A stretch of 64,000 nucleotides of DNA from Propionibacteriaceae bacterium Y2011. GTDB taxonomy: Bacteria; Actinomycetota; Actinomycetes; Propionibacteriales; Propionibacteriaceae. This document shows positions 1 through 9,633 of this stretch, piece by piece. Under the pieces are notes generated by a model. It was not told where the DNA came from and did no database searches. It saw only the letters and a list, made by a program, of their open reading frames with translations. The position numbers and the translations under genes were made by a program. Positions within the stretch are counted from its first letter, which is position 1. Each line of letters opens with the position of its first letter. The DNA is taken from the NCBI GenBank assembly GCA_050157065.1, contig CP189573.1. One strand, written 5' to 3'.

Positions 1-326
1 ACACCTACGGCTACGACGAGACGAACTGGCGGTTCACCGCGGCCGCGGACGGCAACGACGCGGCCTGGCAGCAGGTGCCCTCGGCGATGAAGTCCGGCCA
101 CGCCGCCCAGTTCGCCGCGGTGGCCGACGCCCTCGAGACCGGCGCCCCACTTCCGGTCACGTCCGCCGAGAGTCGACTCACCCTCGAACTGGTCGCCGCC
201 ACCTACGCCGCGGCGTTCACTCAGAAGCCGGTGGCCCGGGGCGAGATCGGCCCGGACTCCCCGTTCCACGGCGCGATGGACGGCCGGGGCATGGCACCGT
301 GGGACGACGTCAAGGACGCGCACTGA
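1..326 (+). CDS. 3' end of a CDS running in from upstream; C-terminal region resembles the Gfo/Idh/MocA oxidoreductase C-domain
   Basis: Frame 3 is open from position 3 (TYGYDETNWRF...) to the stop at 326. The tail ESRLTLELVAATYAAA is typical of the family. Start lies outside the window. Confidence 0.45.
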   Translation, partial: TYGYDETNWRFTAAADGNDAAWQQVPSAMKSGHAAQFAAVADALETGAPLPVTSAESRLTLELVAATYAAAFTQKPVARGEIGPDSPFHGAMDGRGMAPWDDVKDAH

Positions 327-375
327 TGACCCAGAGTGAGTTGATCATGGCCGAACTGATCATGAGAAGGCGCAG

Positions 376-1110
376 GTGATCCGGATGGAGACCTTCCCCG
401 GCGGTACGGGGCTGACCCGACTGCAGGTGTACCCGTGGACCGCGGCCGACGGACTGGCCGGCGGCTCACCCCACCTGCACACCGCCTCCACCGAGTCGTA
501 CGTGGTGCTCGGCGGCCACGGCCGGGTGCAGACGTTGAGCCTGGCCGGGCTGACCGAGCACGAGCTGTCGGTCGGCGACGTGTTGTGGTTCACCCCGGGC
601 ACCGTGCATCGACTGGTGAACGACTCCGGCGACCTCGACATCCTTGCCGTGATGGCGAATGCGGGACTTCCCGAGCACGGGGACGCCGTACTCACCTTCC
701 CCGACGCCGACCTCGCCGATCCCGACCGGTACCGCCGGGCGGCGGCGCTGCCGACCGGCGAGGCGGCCGTCCGGGAGGAGGCCGTACGACGACGTCGTGA
801 CCACGCCCTGGCCGGCTACCAGGAGTTGATCACCGCCGGCCGTCCCGGCTTCGAGCGGTTCCTGCAACGTGCCGCACACCTGGTGCGTGGCCGCACCGAC
901 CAGTGGCGCGACCTCGTCAAGTCCGGCCCGGCCGTCGCGGTCGACGACACGCTCGCCCAGCTGGACAGCCTGACCGCCGGCGACCCCGGCGCGATGCGTT
1001 CCCCGGTCACCCGTCGCGGCGAGACCCTCACCGCCCTGGGGATGTGCGGGCACCTGCAGACCTGGCAGTTGCGCCCCGACCCCGACGAACCGGGCCGACC
1101 GGTCAGCTGA
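376..1110 (+). CDS. cupin-domain protein
   Basis: 244-aa ORF with a cupin-like beta-barrel core (GDVLWFTPGTVHRLVN). Alternative start METFPGG at 385. Confidence 0.55.
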   Translation: MIRMETFPGGTGLTRLQVYPWTAADGLAGGSPHLHTASTESYVVLGGHGRVQTLSLAGLTEHELSVGDVLWFTPGTVHRLVNDSGDLDILAVMANAGLPEHGDAVLTFPDADLADPDRYRRAAALPTGEAAVREEAVRRRRDHALAGYQELITAGRPGFERFLQRAAHLVRGRTDQWRDLVKSGPAVAVDDTLAQLDSLTAGDPGAMRSPVTRRGETLTALGMCGHLQTWQLRPDPDEPGRPVS

Positions 1111-2452
1111 AGCCGAGCTCGGCCCGGCGCCGACGGAACCGGGCCACTGCTTCGACATGCCGCGGATCGGCCACGGCATTGCGTAGTTCCCCCGGATCAC
1201 CTGCCAGGTCGAACAGCACCTCGCTCCGGTCGCCGGCGTACCACTGGTACTTCAGGTCCCCGACCTTGATCATCAGGTTGGTCCGGTCGAACTGCGAGAT
1301 CGCCTCGTCGGGCCAGTCCGTGGCCGTGCCCTCGCACAGCGGCACCAGCGACCGCGAGTCCAGACCGTCCGGGCACGGGATGCCGGCCAGGTCGACCAGG
1401 GTGGCGAACAGGTCGACCAGGCTCACGTTCTCGCTGACCACCGCCGACCCGAACGCCTTCGGGTACCGGATGAGCAACGGCACCCGGACGCTCGCGTCGA
1501 AGAACTTCTGCTTCTCCCACACCCCGTGCTCGCCCAACATCTCGCCGTGGTCGGAGGTGTAGACGATCACCCAGTCGTCGAGGTCCTGACCCAGTGCGGT
1601 CAGGTGGTCGAGCAACCGGCCCAGCCGGTCGTCCATACTCTCGATCATGGCGCAGTACGCAGCGGACGCCCGTACGGCTTCGTCCCGCGTCACCTCGTGG
1701 CCGACCCGGGCGACGAACCTGCCACCCAGGAAGCCGTGGTCGAACACCTGCTGGTCGACGAACGGCTCCACCCGTTCGAGGTAGTACGACACCAGGTCCT
1801 CCCGCGGGCTCGCGTACGGGTAGTGCGGCTCGTTGAGGCTCAACATCAACAGCAACGGGTTGTCCGGCACCGCCCGCCCGTAGTGCGGATCGGTGAAGTG
1901 CCGGGTGGCCACGTGCATCGCCCCGGCCAGGGCGTACTCGTCCTCGGCCGTCAACGGGTTGTCGCCGACACCGGAGCGCCTGATCTCGTCCACGATGCTC
2001 CACTTGTGGGCCGACGGCTCGGTCCAGCCCTCGAACGCCGACACCTCCCGGTCGGGGACGAACCGGGTGGACGTCTCCATCTCGGCGCCGACCCGACGCC
2101 GCCACCCCTGCATCTGGTCCTCGCCCAGGTAGTGCAACTTGCCGGCACACGCGGTCTGGTAGCCGTACTGGGAGAAGCGTCGGGCGAACGTCATCGTCCC
2201 GGGTGGTGACTCGTCGACCCCCATCACCTCGACCCCGAGGTTGCGCGGTGTCAGCCCGGCGGCCATCGCCTGCCGTGCCGGGACGCAGATCGGGGACGGG
2301 GTGTGACACCCGGTGAACACCACGGCGTCGGTCGCCAGGGCGTCCAGCCGGGGTGTCCGGACCACCGGATGCCCGGCATGGCCGAGGAAGTCGGGTCGGT
2401 GCTCATCACTCATCAGCACCAACACGTTCGGCCGCCGGGGTCGCACCGTCAT
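1103..2452 (-). CDS. Cys-type sulfatase (arylsulfatase/choline-sulfatase-like)
   Basis: 449 aa. N-terminal LVLMSDEHRPD and a CxPxR formylglycine motif (CVPAR). Metal-binding SDHGE block. Overlaps the downstream SBP gene by 4 nt. Confidence 0.85.
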   Translation of the reverse strand: MTVRPRRPNVLVLMSDEHRPDFLGHAGHPVVRTPRLDALATDAVVFTGCHTPSPICVPARQAMAAGLTPRNLGVEVMGVDESPPGTMTFARRFSQYGYQTACAGKLHYLGEDQMQGWRRRVGAEMETSTRFVPDREVSAFEGWTEPSAHKWSIVDEIRRSGVGDNPLTAEDEYALAGAMHVATRHFTDPHYGRAVPDNPLLLMLSLNEPHYPYASPREDLVSYYLERVEPFVDQQVFDHGFLGGRFVARVGHEVTRDEAVRASAAYCAMIESMDDRLGRLLDHLTALGQDLDDWVIVYTSDHGEMLGEHGVWEKQKFFDASVRVPLLIRYPKAFGSAVVSENVSLVDLFATLVDLAGIPCPDGLDSRSLVPLCEGTATDWPDEAISQFDRTNLMIKVGDLKYQWYAGDRSEVLFDLAGDPGELRNAVADPRHVEAVARFRRRRAELGFS

Positions 2453-4059
2453 CGTGCCTCGAGTGCCGCCTGCAGCTCGTCGCGGATCTTGTCACCACCC
2501 TTGGACTTCCAGTCCTGCACCGCCGGGGCCCAGTCACTGACCTTCTTGCGGCCCTGCACGATGTCGTCCTCGAGGTCGTTCAAGGTCTTCGACAGCTGGT
2601 TGCCCTGACGCGAGCTGGTCTCGGAGTACAACCCGATCGTCGGGTTCGCCAGCCCCGTCGGGATGATCGCACTCTGCGCGTCGAACTGGGCCTGGGTCGC
2701 CTCCCGGTCGCCGGGCGCGTAGATCGGCCACGGCGCATCCACCATGTACAGCAGGCCCATCTGCGTCTCGCTCTTGCCCTTGTCGTTGAGGATCGGGTCG
2801 GTGCCCTCGAGGGTGTAGTGCGTGCCCTCGACGCCGAACTTGCGGAACAGGTACTCCTCGGTGCCGAACGGGGTGGCGAGGAAGTTGAGGTACTTCAACA
2901 AGGTCTCGACCCGGTCCGCCGCCTTGGCGTTGATCGAGGTGATCGAGTTGGTCGGATTGCCCAACCAGATGGGCGCTTCGCCGCCACCCTCGGCCTTCAC
3001 CGGACCCCAGCCGCTGAGCTCGAACTCCGGGGACCCGGGCCGGTTCAGGTAACCCGGCCAGCCACTGAACGAGTCGAAGGTGAACAGCGCCGACCCGTTG
3101 GCGAACCATGTCTTGTAGTCCTGCCACTGGGCGGTGAACGCGTCGGGGTTGACGAGCTTGTCGGCGAACAGCTTGCGGGACGCCTCCAGCGCATCGGGCT
3201 GCGCCTCGTGCTCGTACGCACTGGTGAACTGGCCACCCTCCTCCGACCACGAGTTCGGGATCTCGTACATCTGTCGGATGTGGTCGACCGGGACGTAGCT
3301 GAACGCCCACCGGTTCTGCTGCGGGTTGGTCAGCTGCTTGGCCAGGTCGTACAGCTCCTGGTAGGACCCCGGCTGCTCGGTGATCCCTTCCTCGGCAAGG
3401 ATGTCGGAGCGGAAGTACAGCAGGTAGGTGCTGATCACCCCTCGCGGGACGGGGACCGCCATGATCTTGCCGTTGAAGACGGTCGACTTCCACGACTCGG
3501 TCCCGATGTTGGCCAGGAACGGGTAGTCGTTGACCGCGTCACCGCCCAGGTGCTCGGTGAGGTCCAGCGCCTCGGCGTCGAGCAACTGCGGGAGCTGGGG
3601 TGCCGAGCCGACCGAGAAGATGTCGGGCAGCTTGCCGCCGGCCACCGCGGTGGCGAAGCGCTGGGTGTAGTCGGACGGGTTCGCCAGCGAGATCCGCAAC
3701 TCGGACCCGACGCGCTCGTTCAACGCCTGCCAGAACTCGTTCTTGTCGACCCCCGGCGGGATGGGGGTGTTGGTGATCCCCAGGGTCTCGATCGGCTGGC
3801 CGTCACCGATCGGGTCGGTGATCGCCTTGACCGGCTCGGCGGGGTAGGCGAAGAACACGTTGCCCACGCCGTTCTCGCCGGCGATGTCGGGTTCGACCCC
3901 GTCGTACGGGACGTACGCGGGCAGGTTCGCGGCCTCGTTGGCCTGTTGCTGTTCCTCCCCCGTCGTACCACCGCGGCCCTCGTTGCTGCAGGCGGCGATG
4001 CCGCCCAGTGCCAGGGCACCCACGGTGGAGCCCAACAGGCGTCGTCGACTCAAGGACAT
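2449..4059 (-). CDS. ABC transporter substrate-binding lipoprotein (large family-1 / LipO-like sugar SBP)
   Basis: Start chosen at MSLSRRRLLGSTVGALALGGIAAC (Tat-like RR plus lipobox). The ORF extends to 4104. Typical SBP length and composition. Confidence 0.82.
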   Translation of the reverse strand: MSLSRRRLLGSTVGALALGGIAACSNEGRGGTTGEEQQQANEAANLPAYVPYDGVEPDIAGENGVGNVFFAYPAEPVKAITDPIGDGQPIETLGITNTPIPPGVDKNEFWQALNERVGSELRISLANPSDYTQRFATAVAGGKLPDIFSVGSAPQLPQLLDAEALDLTEHLGGDAVNDYPFLANIGTESWKSTVFNGKIMAVPVPRGVISTYLLYFRSDILAEEGITEQPGSYQELYDLAKQLTNPQQNRWAFSYVPVDHIRQMYEIPNSWSEEGGQFTSAYEHEAQPDALEASRKLFADKLVNPDAFTAQWQDYKTWFANGSALFTFDSFSGWPGYLNRPGSPEFELSGWGPVKAEGGGEAPIWLGNPTNSITSINAKAADRVETLLKYLNFLATPFGTEEYLFRKFGVEGTHYTLEGTDPILNDKGKSETQMGLLYMVDAPWPIYAPGDREATQAQFDAQSAIIPTGLANPTIGLYSETSSRQGNQLSKTLNDLEDDIVQGRKKVSDWAPAVQDWKSKGGDKIRDELQAALEAR

Positions 4060-4129
4060 GACATTCTCCTTCACTGGTGTGGAACTTCTTCGTTCGTGGT
4101 TCACCGACCGTGCGGTCGGACCGGTTCGA

Positions 4130-5164
4130 TCACCCCTTCACCGCTCCTGTCAGCACCCCCTTGGCGAAGTGCCGCTGCAGGAACGGGTAGACGCACAGGA
4201 TGGGGACCACCGAGATGACCAGGATCGCCATCTGGATGGAGGTCTGGGGCGGTAGCGCCTCGGTCGTGAAGCCGAGGTCCTGGGCCCCCATCGGCACTCC
4301 GTTGATCACGTACGTGCGCAGCACCAACTGCAGTGGCCACTTGGTGGCGTCGCCGATGTACAGCATGGCGCTGAAGAACGCGTTCCAGTACCCGACGCCG
4401 TAGAACAGGCCGATCACCGCCAGCACCGCCTTCGACAGGGGTAGACCGATGTGCCAGAACAACTGCCACTCCGACGCCCCGTCGATCATGGCCGAGTCGA
4501 TCACCTCGGACGGGATGTTGATGAAGAACGCCCGGACGACGATCACGTTGAACGCGCTGACGCTCACCGGGACGATCACCGACCACAGGGTCTCCAGCAG
4601 CCCGAACTGCTGCACCACCAGGTAGGTGGGGATCATGCCCGGGTTGAACAGCAGGCTGATCAGGACCGTCAGCAGCAGGAACCGGTTGCCGAGTGTGCCG
4701 CGGCGGCTCAAGGCCCACCCGAGCAGGCAGGTCAGCGACAGCGCCATCGCGGTGCCGACGATGGTGATGAAGCCGGAGACGAACAGCGCCTGGGTGACCA
4801 CCCCGCCGGTGAAGATCGTCCGGTACGCGTTCAGGTCGAGGCCCTGGGTGGGGATCAACACGAAACCGCCGGAGGCGACCACCTCCTCGGGGGTGGCCAG
4901 GCTGGTCGAGACGATCCCCACGAACGGCAGGATCACCAGGGCACAGATCACGGTCAGGAAGATCCCCTTGAGGATGCGCTCGACGATGCCCGGGTACGGG
5001 ATGCCGTCGATCATCGCCGGCCGGCCGGGCTTGCGGCCACCGGGCGCGGTGGAATGCTGCGGGCCACGGGCGCCGTCGGACGGTCCGCCGGTGGCCGGGT
5101 CCGACGCGTCGGGAGGCCCGGCCGGCAACAACGTCCGGGCCGCCTTGGTCTCGATCTCGCTCAT
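4130..5164 (-). CDS. carbohydrate ABC transporter permease (LplC-like)
   Basis: Real start MSEIETKAA at 5162-5164, giving ATGA overlap with the upstream permease stop. Six TM segments and an EAA-loop region (DGASEWQLFWHIGLPL). Confidence 0.85.
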   Translation of the reverse strand: MSEIETKAARTLLPAGPPDASDPATGGPSDGARGPQHSTAPGGRKPGRPAMIDGIPYPGIVERILKGIFLTVICALVILPFVGIVSTSLATPEEVVASGGFVLIPTQGLDLNAYRTIFTGGVVTQALFVSGFITIVGTAMALSLTCLLGWALSRRGTLGNRFLLLTVLISLLFNPGMIPTYLVVQQFGLLETLWSVIVPVSVSAFNVIVVRAFFINIPSEVIDSAMIDGASEWQLFWHIGLPLSKAVLAVIGLFYGVGYWNAFFSAMLYIGDATKWPLQLVLRTYVINGVPMGAQDLGFTTEALPPQTSIQMAILVISVVPILCVYPFLQRHFAKGVLTGAVKG

Positions 5165-6126
5165 GCGCGGTACACCCCTTCCTCTCCGAAGCGGTGGGCG
5201 ACCTTGTTGGCCGTCAGCACCAGGATCAGGCCGATCACCCCTTTGACCAGACCCACCGCGGTCGCGACCCCCCAGTTCCCGCCGAGGATGCCGTGGTTGT
5301 AGACGTAGGTGTCGAGCACCTCCGAGACCCCCGTCCCGACCGCCTGCTGCTGCAGGATGATCTGCTCGAACCCGACACTGAGCGAGTCGCCCAGCTTCAG
5401 GATCAGCAACAGCACGATGATCGGGCGCATCCCCGGCAACGTCACGTGCCAGGTCTGGCTCCACCGGCCGGCCCCGTCGACGGCCGACGCCTCGTACAGT
5501 GAGCGGTCGATCTGAGACAGCACCGCGAGGAACAAGATGGTGGCCCAGCCGGTGTCCTTCCACATCACCTGCGAGGTGAGCAGCACCCGGAACAGGTCGG
5601 CGTTGCCGATCAGGTGGAAGGTCTCCAGGCCGTTGGCCCGGAGCATGCTGTTGATCATGCCGGAGCCGCCGAGCACCTGCTGGAAGACCGCGACGACGAT
5701 CACCCAGGACATGAAGTGGGGCAGGTAGATCACCGACTGCACGAACTGTCGGAGCTTGTTCGACAGCAGGCTGTGCAGCACCAGGGCGACCACGATCGGT
5801 GCCGGGAACACGATCACGGTCTGGATGAAGGTGAGGATCAGCGTGTTCTTGACCGCGTTGAGGAAGGCCGGGTCACCGTTGATGATCACCGAGAAGTTCT
5901 GGAACCCGACCCACAGGCTCTGGTCCATCCCGAGGTAGGGCTGGAAGTCCTGGAAGGCGATCACGTTGCCGTACAGCGGGTAGTACTGGAAGGCGAGGAC
6001 GATCAGCATCCCCGGCAGTGCCAGCAGCAGCACCGGGTAGTCACGTCGCAGCCTGCCGAACACCCCCAGCCGTTTCGATCCGGCCACCTGGGTCGACTCG
6101 TCGACCTTGACGCCACCCACCCTCAT
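5161..6126 (-). CDS. carbohydrate ABC transporter permease (LplB-like)
   Basis: 321 aa starting MRVGGVKV (ATG at 6124-6126). EAA motif YEASAVDGAGRWSQTWHVTLP. The ORF-track 711-aa extension is upstream read-through. Confidence 0.8.
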   Translation of the reverse strand: MRVGGVKVDESTQVAGSKRLGVFGRLRRDYPVLLLALPGMLIVLAFQYYPLYGNVIAFQDFQPYLGMDQSLWVGFQNFSVIINGDPAFLNAVKNTLILTFIQTVIVFPAPIVVALVLHSLLSNKLRQFVQSVIYLPHFMSWVIVVAVFQQVLGGSGMINSMLRANGLETFHLIGNADLFRVLLTSQVMWKDTGWATILFLAVLSQIDRSLYEASAVDGAGRWSQTWHVTLPGMRPIIVLLLILKLGDSLSVGFEQIILQQQAVGTGVSEVLDTYVYNHGILGGNWGVATAVGLVKGVIGLILVLTANKVAHRFGEEGVYRA

Positions 6127-6381
6127 CGGGCGACACCAGCAGGCCCGCTGCTGTCGGTTGCCACGGCAACCCCCTTTGAAATCGACACCACTGTCTGTCG
6201 GGACGGCCCATCGCAGAAATCCTGTACAACGATGTAGAAATCCCTTGCCTTCGCACTGTACACGCTGCAGGATGCTGGGTACAGGCTTTCCCCGGATTGG
6301 TGCCGGACCGGAATCACGTAGGCCCGGGCCACACCGTCCGTGGCGAAGGTGCAGCCCCGGCGTCTGCGAAGGAGCAGCCCA

Positions 6382-8703
6382 ATGAGCTCGATCCCGCCCC
6401 CCGTCCGTCCATGGCGTGCCGCCCGCGGTGCACGCCCACCACTGCCCGGGACGTACCGGGCCCAACGGCATCTGCCAGCACTGATCGCCCTGCTGTGTTG
6501 CCTGACCCTGGTGCTGGCCACCCCGACCGGGCCGGCCCACGCCGACCCCGACGACCCACCCGGCACGTACCGCAACCACGTGATGGACAACCTTGCCGAC
6601 GCGTTCTCCGATCCGGCCATCATCCGCGCCAAGGACGGCTACTGGTACGCGTACGCCACCCAGACCGTGATGCGCAAGGACAACCAGGGCGGTCCGTGGG
6701 AGAGCCAGTACTTCATGCCGATCACCCGGTCGAGCGACCTGGTGAACTGGGAGTACGTGGGCGAGGTCTTCGGCCCCGACAACCACCCCAGTTGGCGGCA
6801 GTTCGAGGGCACCTACTACTGGGCGCCGGAGGTCCGCTACATCAACGGCCTCTACCACCTGTACTACTCCGCGGCCGGCAACGGCGACAATGCCATCGGG
6901 TTGGCCACCGCGCCCACTCCGGCCGGTCCGTGGACCGACGTCGGCGCCCCGGTGGTGAACCGCAACGACGCCGTCACCGAGATCGATCCGGCCGTGTTCG
7001 TCGACACCGACGGCCAGAAGTACCTGTACTACGGTTCGTTCCGCAACGGCGGCATCGTGGCGGTCCGGTTGTCCGCCGATGGTCGTACGGCAGAAGGCCC
7101 GGCCACCCGGGTGGTCGCGCCGAGTCGCGGCGAGGCCCCGTACATCGTGAAGCGGGACGGCTTCTACTACCTGTTCTACTCCGGCCTGGGCTGCTGTGAA
7201 CGTGAGAAGGGTGCGTACCCGGTGTTCGTCGGCCGGTCCACCTCCCCGATGGGGCCGTTCGTCGACGCCGAGGGGGTCGGGCTGAACGACCTGCACCCCG
7301 GCGGCACCATCGTCAACTCACCGAACGGCAACAAGTGGGTGGCGACCGGGCACAGCGCCAACGTGGTCGACAAGTCCGGCCAGGACTGGATCCTGGTCAA
7401 CGGTTTCGACCGGACCACCCCGGAGTGGGGTGGCCGACCGACCCTGATGGACCGGCTCGACTGGATCGACGGCTGGCCGACGGTCCGGGCCGGCGCGTGG
7501 TCGTCGGAGGAACGGGAGACCGCACCGGTCGGCGCGTGGTCGGTCGGCACCGGGTTCGAGGACGGCCTCGGCGCCTTCCACCGGGCGGGAGCGGGTCAGT
7601 GGATGACCTCGCGTGACCAGGCGGCCGGTCGCTACGTCCGCAGTGCCGGCCGCGCCCCGGAACCGCTCTTCCTGGTCACCGACACCGTGGTTGCCGACGA
7701 CGTCCGCGTCGAGGCCGACCTGCGACTGCGCGGTGAGGAGGGCCGTACCGGGCTGGTGATCGGCTGGACCGACGCCGCCAACCACGTGGTCGCGTGGCTG
7801 GACCGTACCGACGGTCTGGTCGTCGAGGTCACCGAGAACGGGACGGTCACCCAGCGCAAGGCGGCACCGGTCCATGCCGACGCCGACCTGACGACCTGGC
7901 ATGCGGTGACCGCCCAGGTCCGCGACGGACAGGCCCTGGTGGAGCTCAGCCAGGCCATGCTCGGCACCCCGTTGGCCACGGTCGAGCTCGAGGTCCCGAC
8001 GCTGCGGACCGCGGGCGGTGTCGCCGCCACGCACGGGGCGGGCGAGGCCGACAACGTCGGTGTCACCGAGTTGTACACCCCGGTGACCGAGAAGCAGCCC
8101 GACCCCGAGGTGGGACCGCTGCTGCCGGCGTACAGCGAGGAGTTCGACGACGACGAGCTGACCGGCTGGGAGTGGTTCGGCCCGGCCGACGGCGAGGTCG
8201 TCGACGGCACGTACGTGTGGCCGACGCAGAACGCCGCGTTCAACGGCAACCCCACGATGGCCTCGGCACTGCTGCGTGACGCACCCGAGGGCACCTACAC
8301 GGTCGAGGCGAAGCTGCACCTGCCGATCACCGACGCCGCCGTCGCGCGGGCGCAGGCCGGGATCATCGCGTTCCGCAGCCCGGCGGACTCGATCCACCTG
8401 GCGCCCAGCCGGGTCGGTCTGTCCCGACAGGTGCTGTTGTGGATCGGCCGGGACAACGACGCGTGGCCCGAGATGCAGATGGGGCCGTCGGCCGACACGA
8501 TGTGGCTGCGGCTGCGGCACACGGTCAACCCCGACAACGGTGAACACCAGTACCAGGTGGCCACCAGCCGGGACGGCGAGAACTACATCTGGGGCGGGAT
8601 CTGGACCATGCCGGCCGGGGAGAACCCGCGGATCGGCATGGTGTCACTCGGCGGTGAGGGCCTGACCGCCACCTTCCACCACGTGCGGTTCTACGGCGCC
8701 TGA
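6382..8703 (+). CDS. secreted glycoside hydrolase family 43 protein with C-terminal ancillary (CBM/lectin-like) domains
   Basis: AAGGAG RBS 7 nt before the ATG at 6382. Signal peptide ...LATPTGPAHA. GH43 five-bladed propeller hallmarks (DPAIIRAKDGYWYAYAT, YWAPEV, APYIVKRDGFYYLFYS). About 450 aa of extra C-terminal domains. Confidence 0.8.
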   Translation: MSSIPPPVRPWRAARGARPPLPGTYRAQRHLPALIALLCCLTLVLATPTGPAHADPDDPPGTYRNHVMDNLADAFSDPAIIRAKDGYWYAYATQTVMRKDNQGGPWESQYFMPITRSSDLVNWEYVGEVFGPDNHPSWRQFEGTYYWAPEVRYINGLYHLYYSAAGNGDNAIGLATAPTPAGPWTDVGAPVVNRNDAVTEIDPAVFVDTDGQKYLYYGSFRNGGIVAVRLSADGRTAEGPATRVVAPSRGEAPYIVKRDGFYYLFYSGLGCCEREKGAYPVFVGRSTSPMGPFVDAEGVGLNDLHPGGTIVNSPNGNKWVATGHSANVVDKSGQDWILVNGFDRTTPEWGGRPTLMDRLDWIDGWPTVRAGAWSSEERETAPVGAWSVGTGFEDGLGAFHRAGAGQWMTSRDQAAGRYVRSAGRAPEPLFLVTDTVVADDVRVEADLRLRGEEGRTGLVIGWTDAANHVVAWLDRTDGLVVEVTENGTVTQRKAAPVHADADLTTWHAVTAQVRDGQALVELSQAMLGTPLATVELEVPTLRTAGGVAATHGAGEADNVGVTELYTPVTEKQPDPEVGPLLPAYSEEFDDDELTGWEWFGPADGEVVDGTYVWPTQNAAFNGNPTMASALLRDAPEGTYTVEAKLHLPITDAAVARAQAGIIAFRSPADSIHLAPSRVGLSRQVLLWIGRDNDAWPEMQMGPSADTMWLRLRHTVNPDNGEHQYQVATSRDGENYIWGGIWTMPAGENPRIGMVSLGGEGLTATFHHVRFYGA

Positions 8704-8714
8704 CCCGGGACGGA

Positions 8715-8805
8715 TTCCGCAGACCGACCGGTCGGTGGGTGCGGACGGCGGGCGCCACGCCTGCCGCTCGCATCGCCACCCCGGTCGACCGGTCGGTCTG
8801 CGGAA
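8715..8805. repeat. long palindromic intergenic element, family 1 copy A (about 92 nt)
   Basis: 20-bp perfect inverted arms ttccgcagaccgaccggtcg / cgaccggtcggtctgcggaa around a second, inner imperfect palindrome. Lies between convergent genes. A homologous copy is at 11031-11122. Confidence 0.7.
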
Positions 8806-8895
8806 ACGGGAACGAGCAGCCCGTAAGCGAGGTCGTTGGCAACCAGCCCTGGCCTTGTCGAACGGACGCCTGAGCGTTCTCGAGGGTGTCCCGTA

Positions 8896-9042
8896 CGCCG
8901 AGAGGGCAGTCGGAGAGGTCCCCCGCGCCGAGAGGGCAGTCGGAGAGGCCCCCACCCGCCGAGAGGGCAGTCGGAGAGGCCCCCACCCGCCGAGAGGGCA
9001 GTCGGAGAGGGCCCCACGCACCGAGCGGGCAGGCGGAGAGGC
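8896..9042. repeat. tandem direct repeat array, about 4.7 copies of a 30-31-nt unit
   Basis: Unit cgccgagagggcagtcggagagg plus an 8-9-nt variable tail (tcccccg / cccccacc). Intergenic, with no convincing ORF. Confidence 0.8.
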
Positions 9043-9175
9043 GAATCGACGCTGGAGACCACGCCTACTGCCCACTCGCTGCAGGACAACGCCCATGAAC
9101 CGCGGCCCCGAGACCCGGGCGCGTACGAACCGGCGCAACAGCGACGTCACCGGCCAACCGGCACCACGAGCGACG

Positions 9176-9586
9176 TCACCGACCCAGCCGGCGCCGGAGC
9201 TTCTGGGGAGCGCAGCAGAGGTAGCTCTCGGTCACCAGCTCGGCCACCTCGTCCCAGTCGGTGTTCGCGTCGAGCACCATCCCGACGACGGTGGGTGACC
9301 AAGGCGGCTGGTAGAACGGCGGCCCGGCGTGCGACAGGGCCAGCAGCTCGTCGCCGGACGACCGGAAGGTCAGCACGGTGGTCGGCTCGGTCACCCCGGT
9401 CATGTCGCGGTACGCCGAGGTGTAACCCTGCTGCGCGACCAGGACGTGACCGAAGGTCTTCTGCCGGACGCGCCACCGGACGCCGGTCCAGGCATCCTCC
9501 TCGTACGCGTCGGGCAGTGCCAACGCGACGACCGCCACCCGGCTGACCACGTCGCCGGAGGGCTCGATGCGCGGTGGCCGGGACAC
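9176..9586 (-). CDS. MmcQ/YjbR-family protein (putative DNA-binding)
   Basis: 136 aa. Family-like motif pattern (WRVRQKTFGHVL...LTFRSSGDE). Assigned from memory of the family, so weak. Confidence 0.45.
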   Translation of the reverse strand: MSRPPRIEPSGDVVSRVAVVALALPDAYEEDAWTGVRWRVRQKTFGHVLVAQQGYTSAYRDMTGVTEPTTVLTFRSSGDELLALSHAGPPFYQPPWSPTVVGMVLDANTDWDEVAELVTESYLCCAPQKLRRRLGR

Positions 9587-9633
9587 CCCTCGAGTCTGTC
9601 AGAACCGAGGGCGGCCGGGCGCGGCCCGACGAC

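Noticed and set aside
8896-9042. Possible CRISPR array
   Set aside because: Units are contiguous 30-31-nt tandem repeats. The variable portions are only 8-9 nt, far too short for spacers. No cas genes nearby.
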